A stretch of 64,000 nt of DNA from Lingula anatina (taxonomy: Eukaryota; Animalia; Brachiopoda): the NCBI GenBank assembly GCA_051362555.1, contig CM120642.1, forward strand, positions 9,052,001-9,116,000, written 5' to 3'. Made by a program: the position numbers and the translations under genes. This document shows positions 13,401-30,985 of this stretch, in pieces (within the stretch, counting starts at the first letter, position 1; each line of letters begins with the position of its first letter). The notes beneath the pieces are model-generated. The model had not been told where the DNA came from. It saw nothing but the letters and a program-made list of their open reading frames with translations, and did not search any database.

Positions 13401-15159
13401 CAACTAAGGGTTAGTGAACACATACACGCAGTGCAGATACACCGACAGTTGGCGCTCCGGTGCAAGAGGTGACAAACCTGGCATCTGTGTTGTTGTCGTC
13501 TGCTCTGTTGTTGTGGTAGTTGTAATATGCTCCGTTGACGTAGTTGGTACTTCCGTTGTTGTTGTTTCTCTTTCCGTTGTTGTTGCTTGCATCGTTGTTG
13601 TTGCTTCTGTTGTTGTGGTCCCTTCTGATGTTGTCATTTCTGTTGTAGTCGTAGGCGTGGTTGTTGTCGTTGTTGGCGCCGTGGTTGTTGCTGTATGTAA
13701 GTAAGTGTGCAATGTTTTCGAAAATGGGTTATCTTTTATGCAGCACAAACATAAAACATGTAAATGGAAGTGCCAACGGACTTCTCTTACACAACTTATC
13801 TTAGTAGCATTAAAAATATATATGGAAATTTGCTTTGATTGCACGTATCATAACATTACATTTATACTATACTATAAACAGACCAATACTATGTAAATGA
13901 GGCCAACATCATTCAAAGTGCAAGAAAAATGGAAAGTCAAACATCACACCCTGTAAGTACATATAAAAAACCCCAATGAAAACCAAATGCACACCCTATA
14001 AAGAAAATGCGTTGTAATCCAAATCTTACTGAAACACACCAAAAGATAATGGCATTGCATTCGGCACCAAAATAAAAAAAATCGAAAGAGAATAAAATCA
14101 ATCGAATGTTGAGATATGATAATGGCTCAGTGATGTCCTAAAATGCACCCCACACAATTATATTTCCAACCTGTGACAGTGGAGGTGTCTGTCCATCGTT
14201 TAGTGCTGTGGTGTTTAGTGAACGTAAAGGGACCCCTTGTCGTTGTTAAATCACTTAAAGTCGTTGTTGGAGAATGAGCTGTGGTCTCAGCTAATGTAAC
14301 TGTCGTCGTGATTGTAGTGGGTTCCACTGCCTTTATTGTTGTCACTTCCTTTGCCGTTGTTACTTCACGTTTTGTTGTAAATGTTGAAGATTCATCAGTT
14401 GTTGTTATTGATGTTGGTTCCACTGTCATTGCCTCTGTTGTTGCTGGCAACTTATCAGGAATTGAAGTATCCGCCAGTGTCTCTCCTGTAACTGTCGTCA
14501 GATAATCATTTGATGTGCTGGTACTTAGTAATGGCAGTTCACCCGGACCCGTGGTCTTAGTATATGCATGTGACGTACCCGTGCTCAGAGTCGTCGCATC
14601 ATTTGTTGTTGTAATTGTTGTGAGATGTCCTGTCGTACTGAGATCACCCACTGTTGTTGTAAATGTCTCCTTTGTGGTTGTTTCAAACATGGTCGTCGTA
14701 TCTCGAGGAGATGTACTTGTTGCTGTCATTGTTGTTGTTGTTGTTGTTGTCACATCGGCGAGCACTTTTCTCGTCGATGTTGACAGAATTGATGACGTTG
14801 ACGATGATTGTGTAGATGTGTCAAGCAATCCTATTACTGTTGTTGTTTCCATTGCTGTCACCGAATCAGTAGTGCTGATTTTTGTTTGGTTTTCAGAATC
14901 AACTGTGCGATGACAACAAACAACGTATGTGCATATACATGTGCAACAATCAAAATGTTATCCACTTTAAAAACATACGTGTACAGCTATTTTAAGCACA
15001 AGAATGTATTTCGTCGTTGTTACCGTTTCTGTGTACACAACGTTATGTGTCAACAGAAAACTAATTGGATACAAGAACCCTTCCACCCGCTTATCACAAA
15101 GAGATTACAGAAATTCTGTTTTTATCTAGTCCTTCTCTATCTCTCTCTCTCTCTCACAC

Positions 15160-15209
<50 letters not shown>

Positions 15210-16015
15210 AGATTCAAGGGAAACGTGACATGTTTCTTTTAGCTTCTTTAAAACTGCAAATTTTACCTAAAATGGATTTTCTAGTGTGCTTAAAACCATT
15301 ATTAATGAGCCAAACCACTGTTTCCTTCAATTTAGCTACACAAAAAATCTGAACCTTAAGGGACTTACCCGAGCAAGGTGTGACATAAGACGTAGAAGGA
15401 CTGGCCAACCCGTCAACCTTTTTCCCGTTGTCTACCCTGTTCGAAATAATGCGAAATCTGTAGGCTACTTCGACCTGCAGGTCCGTCACCGTCACGGTAA
15501 ATGACGTCACGTTTACGTCAACAACGTTGCTGACGAGCTGAAATTCAACCCAAGTTGCAGTGCCGTTGGATTGGTATTGTACTCTGTGGGAAGAAATATG
15601 TACAGTGATTGATAGATAAAATACAATATTATATCATAACATTTTCTTGAAATTTATTGTAATATAAATTTCAATCTAAGACTGAAATAATTGTTAAACT
15701 CTTAAACTGTTCAACTATCGTCAAGTCTCCTTCAACACGCCTTTAAGTTGTTCACTCAAACTTCAGCCTTCGATAATCTTTTGCTCTACCCCCAACCCCC
15801 ATCGAGATCTTTTACTCACGTGTATGACCCCACGGGCGGGTCACCCCAGTCCACGTCTGGGTCCCACTTGTCCCACACCAGTGTCACATTGTTGCATATG
15901 ACATTGGACAGTAGGGGAGGTGTCACAAGCCGAGGCAGCTCTAGAATTGAATGAGGTGAATGAAGGACTGGTTGTTCATGTGCATTTCTGCGTGATATTA
16001 TTTAAAAGTGAGACA

Positions 16016-16071
<56 letters not shown>

Positions 16072-17596
16072 CATCCCTTCCAAACTTTTAAGAAATATAA
16101 TTTACCTGACGCCAAGGTATAAAGCTCAATGAAACCTACTTGTTTGACAGCTGGACCCGAAGTACTCAATGGCACACTGACCCGAGGCGCACACTCCACT
16201 GACTGGGTCGCATGTGTCCATGGGGGGACAGTGACACTCGGAGGCACAGTTCACGCCAAATGTCACACGGGTACAAGCTGCAAAGTGAAAAATTAAGTTG
16301 AAAAGAACATAAAAGTCACACTTTCTAAAGCAATATTTATAGCTTTCTTTCATTGGGATTTCAAGTTTTCCCTTTACTATCAAAGTGTAGGCTGGGGATT
16401 TCACTCGTGACGGTATAATTTTGCATTTAAAATTGAACTCAAAAAGTTTATAAATCGTTTTTTTTTTTTTCTAAACAGTTTTGGAAAGGGCATGGTGATT
16501 CAGGGGCCATTGCGGAAATTTCAAAGAAACTTTCATTTATATATGACACTCATACGCGCTTAACAGACTGGTATTCGCGTTAATGCTTCAAAGTTTCATC
16601 ATGATTATAACAGACAGTTGCTTTGCATACACTTGGTACTTTATGCGTGTATAAATAATAAGATACAATGATCACAGTTACATTAACACAACATGCTTCT
16701 CTTTCAATTGTCAATGGCGTTTTGAAAATTATGATTCTTTTTCACGAGGCAATGACTACCAAATGACGCGAAGTTGTCTATGTCAGATAAGCACGACATT
16801 AAATCATATCACAGACGCAATTAGATCTATGTCATAAATCTTCTAGTAGCCTACGTGTGCTGTAGCAACTTTATTGAAACAGTAAATTAAAATAGCCGAT
16901 AAACTTTATCTCTGCAGTTTAGAGGGGTGCAGTGGGATATCCATGTCATACACGATACTTCATAAAGTCACACTTCTTTCCCATTCTAAATCTTTAACGT
17001 AAGTTTTCGACTCTATATTCATTGTTGTGTCCGTTTCTTTTAAGTACTTCCTTGAATCAAACTCCACGTTTTTTTTCTACTTTCACGTGCCACCCAGTAA
17101 TAAGATCAAGCTGTATTTACTAAACAGGCCATTCATTCAATCGTACCCGTGAAATGTCCTGTTTGACTTTACTGATTTCTTTGTTTACTGTGTTCCCCGA
17201 CGATAAAAAAAATGTGCTACCTTCGAATTCGCTGTAATCATTTGCTTATCAGCATGGTTTATTAGCTTTTCCTTTAACCTTGGCGTACCTTAGGTTATCG
17301 CTTGTTGTGAAAGAGCGAGAATTCAATCTTTTTTATATTTTCACAAATTTCCCAACATCATTTGTTGTTTCCCAACATGATGACAAACTTTACTGTGGTA
17401 TACATACACCTCGTATTTTCACAATGGGATCTCTGTTCTCTAAACAGAAATCTGTTTTATAAAAATGGTTTCTAGAAATGCTAATTATCAACTTTTCATA
17501 GTTAATGTAAATAGGAAGGCAACTTAAAATAGTTGATGTTTCCCTTGGATGTCATTAACAGACAGAAGTTAAGGCGTTATGCAGTGTGTGTATATG

Positions 17597-17636
<40 letters not shown>

Positions 17637-19383
17637 ATGCCGAGTGTGGTTTTCTGGATTATATATCAGAAAGGGACTTCTTTCTGAGGACCAAAAAAAC
17701 GCAATACCCGCGTAATGTAACCCATTAAGCCTTTTGAGTGAAAAAAAACACAGTCCGATCGGTCCCTTGAAAACTGAATTGTCTCTGCTATTAACAAGAT
17801 GTTAAGCTTGATTGTTCACTGAAAAACTTTTGCCACGGTAATAAAGCGATAAGACCTTACGTGTCTGACAAGTTGGAGGGTCTCCGTATCCTCGTTCACA
17901 CTTGAAGTCTAACGAACAGCCATCATCTCTGCATTTCTCTGGGAACTGACAGCGGCAGGGCAGGGAGCAGTTGACGCCAAAATAACCAGTCGGGCACTCT
18001 GAAAAGAGGAAAGAGTGACACTCACTATTTCAGTTGACATTCAATATCTGAATTAAGTGTGATACTGTTCGGTTCCTATTTCCAATTTTCAATTTTAATT
18101 TTCATCTTTAATTAAAATGCGATTTATATCTTGGCATACACTTGCGTAGAACTGAAATATTATCATAACGCACTAGCTTAAATATCAGATATGTTCAGTA
18201 TTACCTGTAGATATACATCAAATAAATTCGCGCTCAATAAGAGGTACGTATTAGTAACAAGCTAAAGCATGCTATGAGGTAGAACCCCTCCCCACCAGAG
18301 GGTTATGGGACACGCTGATTGATGTACAATTACATGTATATTAATACTTTTTTGCAATCCACACATTTATGATGACCCAGCCGTGTACTACTAATAATAG
18401 TAGGACTACATCCAGTAGATTAAAATAAACATTACAATTAACAACAAAACAAAAATTGCTTTAGAAGCAATAGGGCCTATATCTGCATTTTGAAACTTCA
18501 TGTACAGTGCTAGGCAGGCATAAATGTTCACTTTATCTTTACTTTACCTCCAACACCTAATGCAGGTGTGAACAAAATGTTTTAAACAGATACTCTTGAG
18601 GTGCAGGGTCAGCTGGAAACCCGCTTCTTATATCAGCATAGGCTACCCTTCTACTTATAGAGTATATCATACTAGCTAGTATCATGTACAGTAGTATAGT
18701 TATACTGATATGTAACGGAGAGGGTTGGTAGAGGTAAAGGTTAGTTACTATCAATACTGACAGTCCAGTTGTGACAACGTTTGGAACTTTGTAAGTTTGA
18801 AAACGTGAAATAAGCTCCATTGCCTCCGTCTTGCTGATACAAGAGCAGGATTAATCCATGTACTCTAGCTGTAACATCATGGTCGGTACTGTTCAACCAA
18901 AGAGTTAGTATAGTAAAACACTGGGGTGAAAGTCGAGAAGGCGTCATGCCGTTATCAGCTTTGATTAACCCTGCTGGTTGAAATGGGGGGGGGGGGTTAC
19001 TTAGTTCTTGATTTATCATTTTTCTTCGCACTCGGTAAGACTAGGACGGCAAAGACCAAGGGTGCATGTGCAGTCTTCTCTAAAGTCAGCAAGGTTCCAT
19101 GTGAGAGGAAAGAACAAGAAGGTAAGATTAGGGGCAATGCCCGAATATTAAACGAAGACTTTATGTTGTCTAACAGGGCCAGGCTACGGGTGGGCTTAAC
19201 ACAGAGGTTTTCTGGTTGCCCTGTGGCTGCTGCAAGGCACATCTATGGGAAGCTACCAGTACTCCGTACGTTAAATCAAAAGGCATACTTACGAGGCACG
19301 ACTGGAGGTGTCAGGTAAGACAGTACTATCCAGGCAGTGGTCAAGATCACCCATGTCCATCCAACACGACCAGAACGAGCCAT
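2873..19383 (-). CDS. Receptor-type protein tyrosine phosphatase: signal peptide, 2 EGF-like, FN3, Thr-rich mucin stalks, multiple FN3, two furin-site FN3-like domains, TM, PTP D1 and D2
   Basis: Exons in transcription order, each given low-high: 19293-19383 (signal peptide MARSGRVGWTWVILTTAWIVLSYL), 17861-17998 and 16140-16277 (EGF), 15820-15940, 15369-15583, 14171-14902 and 13478-13690 (mucin), 11808-11923, 10349-10544, 9744-10031, 9283-9512, 8832-9008, 8166-8364, 7362-7889, 6813-7018, 6167-6340, 3294-5801, 2873-3160. All are GT-AG with matching phases. PTP motifs DYINAN, DFWRMI, KCEQYWP, WPDHG, VHCGTGVSR. Confidence 0.93.
3294..5801 (-). CDS. Giant 2508-nt RPTP exon: end of FN3, furin-site FN3-like domain, TM, PTP D1 and nearly all of D2
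   Basis: Uninterrupted ORF 3258-5831; acceptor at 5802-5803 and donor gtaagt at 3293; TM VVVYVVVAILAVLVLIAAMIIALWWF followed by RKQR. Confidence 0.95.
10672..10755. mobile_element. Tiny hAT-like MITE remnant
   Basis: Imperfect terminal inverted repeats CATTGGCGTATCCAGG ... CCTGGATATGCTAGTG; no clear TSD. Confidence 0.45.
11924..12335 (-). promoter_or_regulatory. Candidate internal promoter and alternative signal-peptide start of the RPTP
   Basis: ATG at 12008 is in frame with FN3 exon 11808-11923 and gives MCPLSLRLVLIASITARVHSQ. CRE palindrome TTGACGTCAA at 12060-12069; CCAAT box and CpG-rich patch near 12300-12330. Confidence 0.45.
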
Positions 19384-20538
19384 GGCCAGTCAGTGTGATG
19401 CTGAATACATGGCCTTCCTAAATGGTAGTTTACGATTCTTGGTACTTGAAGGTTCCAGTACCTGTCAGCTGTTCACTTTGTAATATTCGCTAGACTCGAA
19501 GGCCTATCGTTTAGATAATTCAACTCTGGAGAGACGCTTCGTCTTCAACGGTGCAATAACCGTTCTATTACCTATTTACGTCCAGTAATCGAACCAACAA
19601 CAGAAAAATCTTAACGTAAGACGCAATCCCGTCCCCGTTTGACCCACTTCTTCCTCTAATATGCTGTGCCAGGCTTCAAATCATGTCGGATCACGTTTCC
19701 TTTGCGTAGAGTCATAGCGTATACAGGCTGAATAGCTGAAACAATATTGGCTGTCGGCGCAGGTAAAATGAGTCAAAGGTGCGCTGATCAATACAATGTG
19801 ATTAGTCTATTGTATGAGAGCATGTAGCGTCACCTGTGTTTTACCTGGCAGATTAGCAGCTTTTAATGATATCATATATCTGTTATGGCTTTCTGAAAGA
19901 CGCCTAGTGCAACCCTTAATGTATGAAATGATGGGTATAGTACAAGTGTCAAGGATGTTTCCATGTCAACCAGATGCGCGTTCGAATAAATACTAATAGT
20001 CAATTCACGCATATCTAATGCATCTCTCGTCAAAACACCCGCTAGGCCTAACCAACTTGGCCTAACTCAGTGTATTTGCCTGCTGGGAGTAGCACGTTAA
20101 TGAAATTAATTAAATATAGATCACATATATTCAGTGCGCTGGGGTTTTTTTTTCGCCGGGTCTTATGGTGTTAAACGAGGCACATTTTGATGGAGTAGCC
20201 TATGATCAAAATTAAAACTCTTGTTTGTCAATACACCTGGTTTGCATGGGTCGCCTTAAGGTCAGGTTTACATACGCCTGGGACATGAACAAAAGAACCA
20301 ACACACGCCTAGGCCAGTATTTATGACCATAAAATGGGTGGGACCTGTTTATTCATATGGGCGATGATAGGCTGATTCATATATTTGTGTAGCAACTGTC
20401 GTCATAACAAAGTAGAATTAGGGACGCCATATTGATTTCCGTGTGAGTCACATGGGCTTGTTTTTGTGTTCAAAAGATTTCCGTGATTGAGCGTTATGAT
20501 CAGATATGTAACTTTGCAGGTGAATTGAGATCGAAACG

Positions 20539-25396
<4,858 letters not shown>

Positions 25397-26905
25397 CTGG
25401 CATAATTTCGTTAAAACTACAAGTGGTGTTGTTGTGTTTAAAAATATTCCATAAATATTTTCTGTTGGGTTATGAACTTATCTCATTTAAACATATATTA
25501 TCCTTATTCAGAAAAAAGAAAACAATGCCCTTCGTCTTACCTAAGGCTTTATTTACACAAACATGTAAGTAGAGTAAGTCATTGCCTTAAGACGAAGTAA
25601 GCTTACTCTTTACAATTATTAATGTACTGAAAGATCACCCGGGTGCTCATATCCTTAGGATATTTGGGTCTGATTTAATGGAAGATAGTTTACTTGCAGG
25701 TTTAATTTTTAACCGTCCGCCTCCCAATTGCAGGACCGGGGGTGGTACAGAAAGCCACGTACCACACCTCCTCCCCAGGTTTGGAGGCACCTCTTCCCCC
25801 TCCGAACAACAGTTTAGCGAGCTAAACGAGATGAAACCAAGCAATTTTTTGGTCTCTGTTCTACGTATCACGTAAAATTGTCTTTTTCTCGTTTTGCTCG
25901 ACAATCCTAAAATCCTTGTTCCCACCCCAACCCCAGGCTTTTAGCAAGATGAAGCTCATCTTTTAATTAAATGTGTTTACCTGTGTACTTGATATACGAC
26001 TAGAGGTTGGTTAGAAACCTTGTTTTAAAAACATTGTATAAAACATCATATAAAATGATTTATGATTAAGTTGTATTGTTAGCTTTCGTCAATGATGGCG
26101 TTGTTCCGCTACCGTCTTTATGGTATCAAATGATAGTGTAAGTCAAAATTTTAACTTTTCTAAAGGTGAATGATATATTTTTGATTCCGCAAACATTCAT
26201 TTTTGTAAATAAGAAATAAATATATTTTTGTATAAATAACTGTCTTGTGTTGGACTTTTTTTTTTTTTTTTTTGAAAAATTACTTGAATATGTATATTTC
26301 TAATTTCCCCATTTCTAGTTCTGCACATGGAGGCACAGGTAATTCACCTACTTGATCAAGATAATTGTGTGCTACGACCCATTATTGTGCCAGCGACAAG
26401 TGCAGTTGGTACTTTGGATGTTTAAGCAGTGCAACTGTGCCTAATCTGCGTCACAGTCACTCGTCTTTTTCGCGCCTTCTTTTTTCTAACTAAAATCTAC
26501 TTTCTTGTACAAGTATTTAAGGGAAGCAAACTGAAAACCTGTATTAAAATCGTTGAGACTGAAATGTTCATAAATGAGTATCATTACAAGTATGAATTAT
26601 CAAACAAAATATTTATCTGTGCCTAAAACTGATTTTCAGCACAGAAAGCGTTATCAACAATTATCGAAAACAACACATGCGCTCTGTATGAAGGTCGGTT
26701 TTGTCACTGCTTTTCTTTCACTCAATACATTTTCTCAATCGATCGGGCAAACTAAGATCCGCCAAAACCATGCCCTCAATATCGGTACCTTTAGGCTCCA
26801 TTGAAATTTCACGGCTTACACCAAAATATGCTCTTGAACAATAGTGGATCGATGGTTGATCAAGATTAGTGATAGATTTTCGATAGCGTCCCATCTCGAG
26901 TCACA

Positions 26906-26950
26906 GGGCGGGACAAACCTAGTAACGCACAGCGACCGCCATTATAAAAG
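26906..26950 (+). promoter_or_regulatory. Core promoter of SRCR-ZP paralog 2 (GC box plus TATA box)
   Basis: GGGCGG at 26906-26911 and TATAAAA at 26943-26949, about 70 nt upstream of the ATG at 27013. Confidence 0.6.
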
Positions 26951-27012
26951 AAGATACTTGGGTGTAACTTTTCAAGAAGTTTGCGAGGTTTTTCTAACTA
27001 TACACAAAGACC

Positions 27013-30000
27013 ATGGTGCTGTTTTATCAGGTTATTTTGCTCAGTTTAATCGCCAGTATAACAGGTAAGTCAGATAAGTTAGAGACTTCAATCATTTGTC
27101 ATGTTTCGAGTTGAAAATATTCTGTAGGATTTCCCAGCAGTTCTCGTGTTAAATGGGGCGTACATATGAAATAAAATTCCTTTTAAAGCGGGAATCCTAC
27201 ACATTTTTGTGCCTGGTCAAAGATGCAGGAAAAAAAACAGAAATTTACACAGCTGTCCTCAGGTCGACACTGGTGTATGCTTGCAAGCTATGGAACGGTG
27301 TGGCACATTCGACATCCCTCAAGACGATGAAAAAGTTCTTTTAAATTTGAAGCAATGAGCATTACCGAATTGTCGCCCCCATAATCTAGGCGTTCATGTA
27401 CTTATGTGTGTAAAAATTGTTTAATGAGACTTATTTACTTACCTGTAGATTGAACTATTAAATCACTGAGGTTATGTTTTATTTAAATGTCGGACTTTAA
27501 AGATATCAGAACACTAATTCACCATGCTGCTTATACACGTTTCAATTAACTGTTCTGTTAAAAGAATTATGACCACTTAAATTCTATATTTCAATAATCT
27601 TTCTAAATGTGTATGTTAATTAATCTATATTTCAACACTTTTTGTATATGCATTCAATATAATACGGTTTAGTGTACACGGTTAAATAGTTTACTCCGCC
27701 ATGATTTTATTTGATTTAAGCATAGTGATATTTTCACCACACCAGAAATCGATATGGTTTTAATTTGAGTAATTTGTATTATGTTGTCAGTTTACTGGAG
27801 GTTTTATTTTTAAATCTGCTGATCATCAGTCCTTCACATGTTTCACATTTTACTTTTTACAGTAATTTTGACGTTAAATGAGGCAAAATACAAATAAATA
27901 TCAAATACAAAATAAAATGCAATTTAATATTTGTGTGTGGCTGCAAATGAATGAGCAGAGAGCTAAATGTCAGTATTCTAATTATGTATTAGTTCAACTC
28001 TCATAATTAATTAACGAATTAATTAAGTCAATTATTTTGTCTATCACCACCAAATTGAGCCCATTTCTGAACTATCGTACAATGTCATCAAAATCCCTTC
28101 ATAACATTTTGCATAATCTTACTAACAGACGTACAGACATTATAAATTAACTAATTAATACATCTTCGCCAAAATAAAACCCTTTGTTACTCCCGACAGT
28201 TTCTGAAATTTCAAAATCCGTCCTAAACCATTGCATTATATTGCTAAGAGATTGACAGACAGACAGACAGACAGACAAACCGGATAAATTTTTAAAGTCA
28301 TAACCTCTTTGGCGGAAGTAATAATGTGCACTAACTGATAGATAGAGTGCCATTACGAGTCGCAGACCTTCACGCGAAATAGAGGAGTTAATTGGCGAAA
28401 CGAATAGTTGGCATAATCAACGAGACGAAGGTCAGACAAAGTTGAGATTATTAACGAGACGTATGTAGAGGTTCGACCTAGTCGAGACAATTTTCTTCCC
28501 TAATTCGCGTAAACCCTTGCGACGGGTTATTTGACTGACATTAAACTGACATTTGACTGACATACAGTTCGAGGAGAAAACAAGAGATGGCGCTGCATGT
28601 GGACTATGTCGCGTATTCGTGGGTATCATGTTTTAGTGGACCGTATCTATTCACGAACGTTTACCTTTTAAACGAATGATATCACTATTCTAGTACAAAT
28701 GTACTTTGATTTTTTACATATCAATTTTAAATGTATATTTTAAGATATTGAATTTAACTTCATCTCAACATTTTTATAAAAGCATCCAATATAATTGCAA
28801 TATTGCAAAGAGAACAATTAACCCATATTCATATTTGTGAAATGATGATATGCAGATATAGATACTAGGATGAAAAGAAGAAATGAACGAGTCGTTAGTA
28901 ATTTATAAACCGCCAAATGAAATTATTTGAATGCGTTGGCTATCTTGAAAGTAAGAAATATAATACGTACTAATAGTCAAAGATAAAGCACCAGTATTTT
29001 ACGCAAAATCCCTATGTTGTGTTATTGAGACAAAGTTTAACCAGTCATTTTTAAACAAAATTTATTTACGAGAAAAGGAGTGCATAGAAGCATTATATGG
29101 TGTCCTTGTTACCAATTTAACCAGTTATTTCCTCTATTTCACATAAAGCTTCACAACGAGTGCGTGTTGAGTCTAGCTATTCACGGAAAAGGGCAAGGCG
29201 CAGCCTCTGCTAGAACCATACATTGCTGAATGACATTGTCCTCGGTTTTTCAAAATATACCCCAAAATAATGTTCAAATCCACAAGTGCTATAATTGTTG
29301 AGTGCTCAGTATCGATTACTCGACGTTCTATAGATTTTGCTCTGTTCAAATCAAAGAGGTGTATATTGGAGACAACAGAGGTCAAAAAGCGATTACTAAA
29401 CATGTCGATATAGTGTGTATTAAGATATTAACGTTTTGTAAATAGCTGTTCCTCTTTTTCTATACACTGTGGATTTAATTTGTCGGGCGGGGCTATCCGT
29501 AGGATTTTGATTATATAAGATAGGTAACAATCAGGTTTTACTTTACTCTACGTTGATGTTTTTTTATGCCTTAACCTTGAAAATTAATAGCCTTATTAAG
29601 GCCTGTATTAAGCAAAAATTATTTATATTATCAATTATTATGAAATAAGATGTAACTATGCGTTGTTTATTTTTTCTTTATATCATCATACATGTACATA
29701 TGGTTTTACTTTATCGCGTACATGAAATTCACATCTTCTATGAAATATTTTATATTTTATTTTATCATTAAAATGATTACCAAATAACAGGAAAAATGAA
29801 ATAGACATTATTATCACATGCTTTATAAAAATTAAACATAAATTCAAAAAGTATCATGTTAATTAAAATATCATTAAAAATGCATTTTTCTTATCCAGGA
29901 CAACTCCAGACGCGGTTGTCAGGCGGCCCTACCGCTACTGAGGGCCGAGTAGAGGTTCTGTTCAACGGAACGTGGGGAACCGTCTGTGACGACGACTGGG

Positions 30001-30927
30001 GTGTTAATGATGCTACTGTCGTCTGCAGGTCATTAGGGTTCGGGTAAGTTAGACATGCTCGAGTTCCCAACTTCTTTTTCATCGCTGATTGTATTTATCT
30101 CTCATATTCATGCTATAAAGATTTTCAAGCTGAATTGTATTGTCTGCTGATTTTAAGATTTCAAAAAGAAAAAAAAAGAGAGAGAGAAAAAAATCAGTGA
30201 AGTTCATCTGCAATGAACATTACTTTCCCTCTTCCGTAAGGTTCTGTCACACCTAGCGTATAGCACTAACGTATGAGACAATTTGTCCGAACAAACAAAT
30301 GTGTTCATTAGACTTATGTCACATACGCTTTGAGAGCACAACGAAAGTTGGTGTGCGTCTCCATACCCGGAGGGAGATAAAATGCTTTGAGCATGCACAA
30401 AAACAATTTCATATGCTGCTTAAATCTTTATTTTAACACGCTGGAAAAAGTTTCTATACGCTCACAGTTGTGCGAATGACCGATGTCGTATACGATACTC
30501 TCAAGTGTACCTCTTGACGCTAGGTAGGACAGTGCCTTTACATTAGGATAAGTTGCCCTGCCATGAAAGTTGATACAGTTATAATTTGGACTATTGTTTA
30601 TTCAAATAAAGCTCTTACATTAATAAGCTATGCCCTTTTTTTATATGTCAGTGGCCCAGGAGTACCATTCAGTGGATCAGGTAGTGGAGGCTCGCCCCCG
30701 TTCACTGGCGATTTGTACGGAATTCCCGTCCAATCCACACCCATATGGCTTGACAACGTGAACTGTGCTGGAGACGAGGGGGATCTCTCGCAATGTTCTC
30801 ATAATGGGTTCGGTAATAACGACTGTAGCCCAAAACACATGGAGGACGCGGGAGTGCGATGTGTTGCGGGCGATAGCGGCTTGGCGCAGTCTTGTAAGTA
30901 ATGGAGACTGAAGCGATGACTCTCTGA

Positions 30928-30985
<58 letters not shown>

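Noticed and set aside
13414-14913. Val-rich + strand ORFs that look like membrane proteins
   Set aside because: They are the antisense mirror of the Thr-rich (ACA) mucin exons.
18557-19260. ORF-rich stretch in RPTP intron 1, faintly LINE-like
   Set aside because: No convincing RT or endonuclease motif and no compatible splice sites.
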